Under the pieces are notes generated by a model. The model worked only from the letters and a program-made list of their open reading frames with translations, was not told the DNA's origin and did not search any database. From an uncultured Alphaproteobacteria bacterium (GTDB lineage: Bacteria; Pseudomonadota; Alphaproteobacteria; Rhizobiales; Xanthobacteraceae): a DNA stretch of 64,000 bases. The first letter of the stretch is position 1, and each line of letters opens with the position of its first letter. A program made the position numbers and the translations under genes. Positions 9,335-16,741 of the stretch are shown piece by piece. The stretch is taken from positions 48,670 through 112,669 of the forward strand of contig CAVXNW010000006.1 in NCBI GenBank assembly GCA_963763255.1. Direction: 5' to 3'.

Positions 9335-10810
9335 ATGCAGCAGCACACCAACGTCAAAGCGGCGATCGCCTATGACGACTTGCGCGAATGGCTCACGGCG
9401 GCCGAAGCGCTCGGCGAAGTCCGTAAAATCGAAGGTGCGAGCTGGCAGGAGGATATCGGCCTCGCCGCCGAGGCGATCCTGCGCGAAGAGAACGGGCCTT
9501 GCGCGGTCTTCGATAACGTTCCGGGCTGCCCGAAGGGCTTTCGCGTGCTGCTCAACATGTTCGCCGGCACGCGCCGCAACATGACGCTTGGCTTCCCCGA
9601 TCACCTCAACAAGTGGGAACTGAGCGACGCCTATCGGGAAGCCTATCTGGTCGAACCGAAAATCATTCCGCACGAAATCGTCGACGACGGACCGGTGCTG
9701 GAAAACGTGCTCACCGGCGACGACATCGACGTCACCAAATTCCCCTCGCCGATCTGGCACGAGAAGGACGGCGGCCGCTACATCGGCACCGGCACCTACA
9801 GCATCACCCGCGACCCGGAAGAGAACTGGCTCAATGCCGGCGCCTATCGGGCGATGGTACACGACAAGAAATCGGTCGGCTTCGTCACCGCGCGCGGCCA
9901 CCACGGCTATATCCATCGCGAGAAATACTGGGCACGCGGCGAGGCCATGCCGGTCGTGATGGTGCTCGGCGGCGATCCGCTGGCGTTCTTCTACGGCGGC
10001 GTCGAAGCACCCTACGGCACCTTCGAACTCGACATCGTCGGCGGCATGCGCGGCCGGCCGACCAAGATGGTGCGCGGCCAGGTCACCGGCCTGCCCTTCC
10101 CGGCCAATGCCGAGATCGTGCTCGAAGGTTATGTGACGCCGGACAAGCGCCAGGACGAAGGCCCGTTCGGCGAGTGGACCGGCCACTATGCGGGCGGCGT
10201 GCGCCCGATCCCGGTGCTCGACATCAAGGCGATCTATCATCGCAACGATCCGATCCTGCTCGGCGTGCCGCCGATGGGTGGCGGGCCCGACGAGATGGCG
10301 CGCTACCGCGCGGTGATGCGCTCGGCGATGATCAAGCAGAACATGACCAACGCCGGCGTGCCGGCCGTGGAACAGGTGTGGTGTCACGAAGTCGGCGCCG
10401 CGCGCATCTTCCATGCGATCTCGATCAAGCAGCGCTATCCGGGCCACGCCGTGCAGGCCCTGCACATCGGCGCGCAATGCGGCGCCTCGGCTTATGCGTC
10501 CAAATACGTCGTGGTGGTCGATGACGACATCGACGTCACCAACCTGGAACAGACGCTGTGGGCGATGCTCAGCCGCACCGATCCCAAGGAGTCGATCCAG
10601 TTCATCACCGGGTCGTGGGATTCGAGCGCCGATCCTGCGCTGCCGCCCGAGCGCCGCGCGGTCGGTAACTTCACGCACTCGGTGGCGCTGATCAACGCCT
10701 GCAAGCCGTTTCACTGGCGCGACAAATTTCCGCCGAGCAACGCGCCAAGCCAAGAGGTCGCGCGCAAGGCGAAGGAAAAGTTCGGCTGGCTCCTCAATGG
10801 AAAGAAGTGA
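9335..10810 (+). CDS. UbiD-family (prFMN-dependent) decarboxylase
   Basis: 491 aa with UbiD-like blocks (DLREWL, GGRYIGTG, GPFGEWTGHYAG, VVVVDDDIDV.N). Confidence 0.9.
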   Translation: MQQHTNVKAAIAYDDLREWLTAAEALGEVRKIEGASWQEDIGLAAEAILREENGPCAVFDNVPGCPKGFRVLLNMFAGTRRNMTLGFPDHLNKWELSDAYREAYLVEPKIIPHEIVDDGPVLENVLTGDDIDVTKFPSPIWHEKDGGRYIGTGTYSITRDPEENWLNAGAYRAMVHDKKSVGFVTARGHHGYIHREKYWARGEAMPVVMVLGGDPLAFFYGGVEAPYGTFELDIVGGMRGRPTKMVRGQVTGLPFPANAEIVLEGYVTPDKRQDEGPFGEWTGHYAGGVRPIPVLDIKAIYHRNDPILLGVPPMGGGPDEMARYRAVMRSAMIKQNMTNAGVPAVEQVWCHEVGAARIFHAISIKQRYPGHAVQALHIGAQCGASAYASKYVVVVDDDIDVTNLEQTLWAMLSRTDPKESIQFITGSWDSSADPALPPERRAVGNFTHSVALINACKPFHWRDKFPPSNAPSQEVARKAKEKFGWLLNGKK

Positions 10811-10822
10811 ATTAATGATCCG

Positions 10823-10905
10823 CTCATTCCCGCGCAAGCGGGAATCCAGAGGGATGTAGTCACTTGATATTTTTCTGGGTCCCCGCCTTCGCGGGGACAA
10901 GCGGA
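10823..10905. repeat. REP element, family 2 (two short hairpins ATTCCCGC-GCAA-GCGGGAAT and TCCCCGC-CTTC-GCGGGGA)
   Basis: Intergenic pair of GC-rich stem-loops with the CATTCCCGCG..GCGGGAATCCAG signature common in Bradyrhizobiaceae-type genomes. Confidence 0.7.
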
Positions 10906-10918
10906 AAGGTCAAAGAAA

Positions 10919-11842
10919 ATGAAACTCGCTATTCCTGACAAAATCTCACCGTCCTATTTCATCGCCGAAGCCGCAGTCGAGCTTGGTTTTTTCAAAGCCG
11001 AAGGGCTCGATGTCTCGCTCGAGCTGGTCTACCCGGTCGACAAGGCCTATGAGGCGCTACGCGCCGGGACGATCGATTTCGTCGGCGGCGCCGCGCATGC
11101 GGTGCTGTCGGCATTTCCCGATTTCAAAGGCGCCAAGCTGATCGCCGCGCAGTCGCAGGGCATGTATTGGTTCCTGGTGATGCGCGCCGATCTCGGCGCC
11201 AAGCGCGGCGATCTGAGCGTCGTCAAGGGCCGCACGATCGGAGCGGCGCCGTGGGTCAATACCGGCCTGCGCGGACTGCTGAGCGCGGGTGGCATCGATC
11301 TCGAACGGGACAAAGTCACGATCGCGCCGGTGCCAGGAATTCTCGACACGGTGCCGAATTTCGGCGTGATGGCGGCGCGTGCCGTGCAGGCCGGCAAGCT
11401 CGACGGCTTCTGGGCCAACGGCATGGGCGCGGAAGTCGCGGTGCGCGAGGGCTTCGGGACGCTGGTTGCCGACGTGCGCCGCGGCGACGGGCCGAAAGCC
11501 TGCTTCAACTACACCGAGCCGACGATCGCCACCAGCGACGCACTGATCGCGCGCTCGCCCGATACGGTCGCGGCGGCGGTGCGCGCCATCGCCAAGACTC
11601 AGGCCGCACTCAAGAAGGACGTGTCGCGCGCCGGCGAAGTCGGCCGCAAACTATTCCCGCCCGCCGAAGCCGATTTGATTGTCGAGTTGATCCGCCGCGA
11701 TCTGCCGTTCTACGACGCGACGATCTCGCGCGAGTTCGTGGCCGGCATGACGGCGTTCTGCCGCGCGCAAGGCGTGCTCAAGAGCGACGTCCCTTACGAG
11801 CAGATCGTCGCCACGCAATTCGCGCCGCTGTGGAAGAGCTAG
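10919..11842 (+). CDS. NMT1/THI5-like substrate-binding-fold protein without signal peptide
   Basis: 307 aa with binding-protein-like composition and blocks (DFVGGAAHA, GKLDGFWANG). No N-terminal hydrophobic leader, so probably cytoplasmic. Confidence 0.7.
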   Translation: MKLAIPDKISPSYFIAEAAVELGFFKAEGLDVSLELVYPVDKAYEALRAGTIDFVGGAAHAVLSAFPDFKGAKLIAAQSQGMYWFLVMRADLGAKRGDLSVVKGRTIGAAPWVNTGLRGLLSAGGIDLERDKVTIAPVPGILDTVPNFGVMAARAVQAGKLDGFWANGMGAEVAVREGFGTLVADVRRGDGPKACFNYTEPTIATSDALIARSPDTVAAAVRAIAKTQAALKKDVSRAGEVGRKLFPPAEADLIVELIRRDLPFYDATISREFVAGMTAFCRAQGVLKSDVPYEQIVATQFAPLWKS

Positions 11843-11884
11843 GTTATCGCTCACCGGAACCGCGAAAAACTGAATGTTTGCGCT

Positions 11885-11919
11885 CCGCGAGGAGACATCG
11901 TCTCCTCGCGGCTTTTTTT
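11885..11919. terminator. Rho-independent terminator between convergent genes
   Basis: Perfect 11-bp stem CCGCGAGGAGA / TCTCCTCGCGG with a 5-nt loop, followed by CTTTTTTT. Confidence 0.8.
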
Positions 11920-11935
11920 CAGGCGACAGATCTTC

Positions 11936-13006
11936 CTAGCGGTGGTGCGACGGCTTCATCGGCCGCCGATGGTCACCGTGCTCGCCGTGCCGCTCCCGTC
12001 CGACGCAATCGAAGTTGTTCTTGACGACCGGATTGTTGGTCGCGGTCACATCGATCGCGAACAGCGCCGCGGCGGAGGTTCCAGGCGGCGTGTAGCCCGA
12101 TCCGCAAACGATATTGTTGCGGATCACGTCCATGTCGCCCTGATCGGCGATGCCGGCCTGATAGCCTTGCGTCGGTCCATTACCGGTCTTGTTGTTGATT
12201 CCATTGTTGTCCAATGTGTTGTTTTCGGCTGTATCACGCGTCGGCGTCGACAACGGGTTGCAACCGGCGTCGAGATTGGAGAACCAGATTCCGATGTCGT
12301 TGCCCAGCCCGACGTTCTGCCTGACGTCGGTATTGATCGTCGGGTTGCCGGCGTAGCAGTCGCCGCCGATCAGGATGATGCCGCCGCTGGCCGCGTTGTT
12401 GGGGCCGGTGTAGGAATTCCCATAGACGAAATTCTGTTCAATGGTTGTGCTGGCACCGTAGCCTGCCTGGATGCCGTTTTGTGCGATGTAATCGACCGGA
12501 CCCTGGCCGATGACGGTATTCTGTTTGATATCGGCAGTCGCGGTCGGCCCGTTTACGACGATTCCTCCCTTCTGGTAATTCCAGATGCGATTGCCCCGGA
12601 TATTTCCGTGGGCGTTGCTGCCAAAGGCGAAGTAGATGGCGACGCCGTGCTGGGTGCCGTTGAGCGGGCTTTCGCCTATGTCCGAAATATAGGAATTGGT
12701 CACATCGACGTCCGCGCCGTTGTTCACCACGCCGAAATAGTTGGCGCCGTGAATGTTCGCTTGATCGACCCGCCCGTGGGCGCCCGGCGCGTAATAGACG
12801 CCGATGTTGCAGCCAGTCGCGTCCACGTCACCGCTGACTGTGTTCGGCGGATTGATCAGCGCGGCTGTCAGATTGATGCTGTCGCGAACGAAGCCCGTAG
12901 ACGTGCAAGTGGCCGCCACGGCCTGACCAAACGACGCGCTCAGTACAACGAACGCACCAAGCGACAACGCCAATTTCACGTGAGACAGACAAGATAATCT
13001 GCGCAT
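11936..13006 (-). CDS. secreted right-handed parallel beta-helix repeat protein
   Basis: 356 aa with a signal peptide (LALSLGAFVVLSASFGQAVA). Repeated N/G/I-rich turns (NTVIGQG, QNFVYGN, RQNVGLGNDIG, ENNTLDNNGI, IRNNIVCG) are typical of pectate-lyase-fold repeats. The C-terminus is His/Arg-rich. Confidence 0.7.
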   Translation of the reverse strand: MRRLSCLSHVKLALSLGAFVVLSASFGQAVAATCTSTGFVRDSINLTAALINPPNTVSGDVDATGCNIGVYYAPGAHGRVDQANIHGANYFGVVNNGADVDVTNSYISDIGESPLNGTQHGVAIYFAFGSNAHGNIRGNRIWNYQKGGIVVNGPTATADIKQNTVIGQGPVDYIAQNGIQAGYGASTTIEQNFVYGNSYTGPNNAASGGIILIGGDCYAGNPTINTDVRQNVGLGNDIGIWFSNLDAGCNPLSTPTRDTAENNTLDNNGINNKTGNGPTQGYQAGIADQGDMDVIRNNIVCGSGYTPPGTSAAALFAIDVTATNNPVVKNNFDCVGRERHGEHGDHRRPMKPSHHR

Positions 13007-13029
13007 AGGTTGCCATCCCTCTCATGCAT

Positions 13030-13045
13030 GTGCGTAGCTACGCAC
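13030..13045. promoter_or_regulatory. perfect 16-bp palindrome GTGCGTAGCTACGCAC
   Basis: Lies about 25 bp upstream of the beta-helix gene start. Read directly from the sequence (coordinates +/-1). Confidence 0.25.
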
Positions 13046-13295
13046 ACGCGCGTGTCCTGATTTTTTATCTGGATCGGCGGGAAAAAATGCCGGTGTGAGT
13101 GCTATGCCTGCCGACGGCATGCTCGCTGCCCTGGCCCCGCGAACATTTCGGCACATACCGCGTCAGAGGCAGCCTGCGGAGCTTGGCACGGCCAACCCAT
13201 GTGTTTCAAGTGGGCATCGGAACTCGCCCGATCGTCGGCGACGGAAGATGCTCTGCGTCAACTTCGCCGATTGCAGGCTGTCCGCGACAGCGGCG

Positions 13296-13802
13296 TCACG
13301 GAGTCGTTACGGCCGGGTGCGACGGCAGCGCCGGCGCTCGGACCGCGGCAGGGTCCGCCATCACGGCCGCGGGCATCAGGGCGGCGATCAGTTCTGCTTC
13401 GCTGAACGGCTTCGACAACGTGGCGGCGGCCTTTACGTGTGTCTCCAAGCGGCCCGATTCGCCGGAGGTCACGACGACGCGAACGCCGCGATCGTGTAGC
13501 CGGGCGATCAACTCATCGGCGCGCTCGCCGGCGCGCAAATGAATGTCGATCAGTGCGGCGTCGGGAACTTGCCCGGCTATCAAACGGTCGGCATCGGCCG
13601 TCGTCGCCACAGGTCCGGCAACGTCGGCTCCGCACGCCTGCAACAGGCTCGCCACCGCGATTCCCAGCTCCACCGAATCCTCGACGACCAGGATATGCAG
13701 ACCGCAGAGGTCCGGGCATCCCGGCTCGGGAACGGCGCGACGGTTGCGCGATAGCGCTGGCTTTTCCGTGGCACACCCCCCTGTAGGCTGAAGGTTCGGC
13801 AA
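13296..13802 (-). CDS. orphan single-domain response regulator (receiver)
   Basis: REC-like core LHILVVEDS...ALIDIHL...VVVTSG...LSKPF. The true start may be internal. Confidence 0.65.
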   Translation of the reverse strand: MPNLQPTGGCATEKPALSRNRRAVPEPGCPDLCGLHILVVEDSVELGIAVASLLQACGADVAGPVATTADADRLIAGQVPDAALIDIHLRAGERADELIARLHDRGVRVVVTSGESGRLETHVKAAATLSKPFSEAELIAALMPAAVMADPAAVRAPALPSHPAVTTP

Positions 13803-14034
13803 AAAATCGCCGGATTTATGCCTTCATTTGGCCACGCCCCAACATACAGCGGATTTTCGAGACGCATGTGCAAAAAAGACCAAGACGAAAGAAAATTCTG
13901 ACGGTATTCGCACACCGGGAAGCCCCGGCGGCCGGGCGGCGGCCAAGCCAAGCCTGCTGCTGGATCGTGGCGCGACAACCAAGGGCATTGTCAGGAGTTG
14001 CTCTCCTGCAATCTGACAACGAAGGCAGGCGACC

Positions 14035-15594
14035 ATGAGCGAACAGTCCTCTCCAAGCGGCCCCGATCTCACCAAAGGCGTTGCGTTGTCCGACCTGGCG
14101 GATGGGCGTCTCCTGGGACACGTCGGCAATGACGATGTGCTGCTGGTTGCGAGCGGCGCGGACGTGTTCGCGATCGGCGCTCACTGCACTCATTATCATG
14201 GGCCGCTCGCCGAAGGCATCGTTGTCGGCGGCACAGTGCGCTGCCCATGGCACCATGCGTGTTTCGATCTGCGCAGCGGCGAGGCGGTGCGCGCGCCGGC
14301 TTTGAGTCCGGTCGATTGCTGGAAGGTCGAGCGGCACGATGGCCGCATCGTCGTCCGCGAGAAGCTGTCCCAGCCGAAGCCGCGGCAGGCCGCCGACGCG
14401 GATGCCCCGCGGCGCATTGTGATCGTCGGCGGAGGCGCCGCCGGATTTGCGGCTGCCGAAATATTGCGGCGGAGGGGCTATGACGGGGGTATCGTCATGC
14501 TGAGCTCGGATTCGGCCGCACCGGTCGACCGCCCCAACCTGTCGAAGGACTATCTCGCCGGCAGCGCACCCGAAGAGTGGGTGCCACTGCGGCCCGACGA
14601 CTTCTACGCCGATAACCGCATCGATCTGCGCCTCGGGACGGACGTAACCGGCATCTCGGTGAAAGCGCGTGAAGTCGCGACATCGGACGGCAAGACATTC
14701 GCTTATGACCGGCTGTTGCTGGCGACGGGGGCCGAGCCGGTGCGGCTGCCGATCCCCGGCGCCGAGCTGCCGCATGTGCATGTGCTGCGGTCACTCGCCG
14801 ACAGCCGCGCCATTATCGATATCGCCAAGTCCGCGCGCCGCGCCGTTGTGATCGGTGCAAGCTTCATCGGACTGGAGGCCGCCGCAGCATTGCGCACGCG
14901 CGGCGTCGAAGTGCACGTGGTCGCGCCTGAAGCCCGCCCGATGGAACGCGTGCTCGGGGCACAGATGGGCGATTTCGTTCGCGCGCTTCACGAGGAACAC
15001 GGCGTCGTCTTTCACCTGCAAAACACGGTCATGGCGATTGACGGAAGGCGAGCCACGCTCAAGAGCGGCGGCACGCTCAACGCGGATCTTGTCGTCGTCG
15101 GGGTCGGCGTGCGCCCGCGCCTGACGCTCGCCGAAAAGGCAGGGCTCGCTATCGATCGTGGCGTCACCGTGGATGCGTTTCTGGAAACGAGCGCGCCCGG
15201 GATCTATGCGGCCGGCGACATCGCGCGCTGGCCCGATACCCATTCCGGCCAGAACATCCGCGTCGAGCATTGGGTGGTGGCGGAGCGCCAGGGACAGACC
15301 GCCGCCGCCAACATGCTGGGGCTCAAGGAGCGCTTCGACGCGGTGCCGTTCTTCTGGAGCCAGCACTACGACGTGCCGATCAACTATGTGGGGCACGCCG
15401 AGCAATGGGACGAAATCGCTATCGACGGCGACATCAAGGGCAAGGATTGCCTGCTGCGCTACAACAAAGCCGGCCGTACGCTCGCCGTCGCGTCGATCTT
15501 CCGCGATGTCGAGAGTTCTGAAGGCGGAGCTTGCAATGGAGCATGGCAACACGCCATGATGGCCTGCCTCGTCCTTCCGCTCGAGGTTGTTTGA
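14035..15594 (+). CDS. Rieske [2Fe-2S] domain fused to FAD/NAD(P)-dependent ferredoxin-reductase-type oxidoreductase
   Basis: Rieske ligand motifs CTHYHGPL and CPWHHACF. These are followed by dinucleotide folds IVIVGGGAAGFAAAE and AVVIGASFIGLEAAA and the AAGDIA motif. Confidence 0.85.
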   Translation: MSEQSSPSGPDLTKGVALSDLADGRLLGHVGNDDVLLVASGADVFAIGAHCTHYHGPLAEGIVVGGTVRCPWHHACFDLRSGEAVRAPALSPVDCWKVERHDGRIVVREKLSQPKPRQAADADAPRRIVIVGGGAAGFAAAEILRRRGYDGGIVMLSSDSAAPVDRPNLSKDYLAGSAPEEWVPLRPDDFYADNRIDLRLGTDVTGISVKAREVATSDGKTFAYDRLLLATGAEPVRLPIPGAELPHVHVLRSLADSRAIIDIAKSARRAVVIGASFIGLEAAAALRTRGVEVHVVAPEARPMERVLGAQMGDFVRALHEEHGVVFHLQNTVMAIDGRRATLKSGGTLNADLVVVGVGVRPRLTLAEKAGLAIDRGVTVDAFLETSAPGIYAAGDIARWPDTHSGQNIRVEHWVVAERQGQTAAANMLGLKERFDAVPFFWSQHYDVPINYVGHAEQWDEIAIDGDIKGKDCLLRYNKAGRTLAVASIFRDVESSEGGACNGAWQHAMMACLVLPLEVV

Positions 15595-15624
15595 CGTTGA
15601 TCGCAACCGAGCAAAATAACCATC

Positions 15625-15638
15625 TTGATCCAAATCAA
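15625..15638. promoter_or_regulatory. FixK/FNR-type box TTGATCCAAATCAA
   Basis: Perfect TTGAT-N4-ATCAA palindrome centred about 78 bp upstream of the ATG at 15709. Confidence 0.65.
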
Positions 15639-15708
15639 AGCTAATTCCTGGCCCGAAAGGCTATCCTTCACGCGAAGGCATCATGCCTCAATAAGAAGGA
15701 CAGAACTC

Positions 15709-16632
15709 ATGACCATACCGATCAGGCTACGCGCCGCGGCGGGGTTAATGGCGCTCGCCGCCGGCGCGTTTTTCTCGACCGGCTTTTCGGCCCAGGCGGC
15801 CGAAAACTACTATGTCTTCAAATCCGTACTTTCCACGCCAAACGCCAATTGGTGCATCAACGTTACGCAGGACCAGGCCGCAGCTCATGTCGCGATCTCG
15901 GCCTGCTCCGGAAAGCCCAACCAGACCTTCGGGTACGAAGGCGGCGGCACCGTGACAAACGGCGGCTATTGTCTGGACGCTCAACCGGGAACGCCAAACC
16001 AACCGCCGGGCGCAGGCGATCCGGTGGTCATCGCCGAATGCACCGGCGCCGATTCCCAGATTTGGGAATTGCCGCAATTCAAGCGGCGGGCCGATGCGTT
16101 CGCGATTTCAAATTCGGACGGCCTGTGCGTCACCGTTGACGGCAACACGATCGGCGAAGGAGCGCCGCTCGTGCTCGCGGAATGCGCCGAGCAGGACAAC
16201 CAAGGCTGGCTCAGGAGCACCGCAGCGGCAGCGAGCGTTCAACCGGAAGCCTACTTCTATTCCGGTCACCGCTATTGCTGGTACGACGGCGGCTGGCACG
16301 GCGGCGGCTGGTACTGGTGCGGCGAGAATTTCCATCAGGGCATAGGCTGGGGCGGCCCGATCGGCTGGCATTGGTGGCACCATCACGGCCACCCGTTCCA
16401 TCCGCATCACCCACATCCGCACCCGCACCCGTTGCCGCATCCGGTGCCGCATCCGCATCCCATACCGCACCCGCATGTGTTCCATCCGCACGCGATTCAT
16501 CCGATCCATCCCCACGTGGTGCATCCGATCCATCCCCACGTGGTTCATCCGATCCACCCGCATGTGACGCCCCATGTGGTTCATCCTCACGCGGTGATTC
16601 ACCCGCACGGCGCGGTGCGCCCCCACCATTGA
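15709..16632 (+). CDS. secreted ricin-type beta-trefoil lectin-domain protein with Trp/Gly-rich linker and His-Pro-rich C-terminal tail
   Basis: Start ATG at 15709 after AAGGA. Signal peptide ends ..GFSAQAA. Three (QxW)-type subrepeats are visible (NQTFGY, SQIWEL, NQGWLR) with paired Cys. The tail is HPHPHPHPLPHPVPHPHPIPHPH... Confidence 0.8.
   Translation: MTIPIRLRAAAGLMALAAGAFFSTGFSAQAAENYYVFKSVLSTPNANWCINVTQDQAAAHVAISACSGKPNQTFGYEGGGTVTNGGYCLDAQPGTPNQPPGAGDPVVIAECTGADSQIWELPQFKRRADAFAISNSDGLCVTVDGNTIGEGAPLVLAECAEQDNQGWLRSTAAAASVQPEAYFYSGHRYCWYDGGWHGGGWYWCGENFHQGIGWGGPIGWHWWHHHGHPFHPHHPHPHPHPLPHPVPHPHPIPHPHVFHPHAIHPIHPHVVHPIHPHVVHPIHPHVTPHVVHPHAVIHPHGAVRPHH
16375..16629 (+). repeat. coding low-complexity His/Pro repeat, including about three tandem 27-bp units (HPIHPHVVH)
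   Basis: By my count the last 85 codons of the lectin gene contain about 33 His. The units CATCCGATCCATCCCCACGTGGT(G/T) are tandemly repeated. Confidence 0.8.
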
Positions 16633-16677
16633 TCAGAACATCGGCAACCATCCATCGATGGATGCCGCCGAAAGCGG

Positions 16678-16708
16678 AGCCCCGGGCAAAGTCCCGGGGC
16701 TTTTTTGT
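16678..16708 (+). terminator. Rho-independent terminator of the lectin/His-Pro gene
   Basis: Stem GCCCCGGG / CCCGGGGC with loop CAAAGT, followed by a TTTTTT run. Confidence 0.75.
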
Positions 16709-16741
16709 GTTTGGGTATTGCTACGAACGGCATGCTACCGA

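Noticed and set aside
9041-10900. 619-aa minus-strand ORF opposite the UbiD gene. Similar long shadows occur at 13816-14781, 17669-19114, 20316-21920, 24668-25963, 26415-27431 and 33023-34666
   Set aside because: Each overlaps a gene with clear family motifs on the other strand, and each has low-complexity Arg/Asp/Gly-rich translations. All are treated as non-coding.
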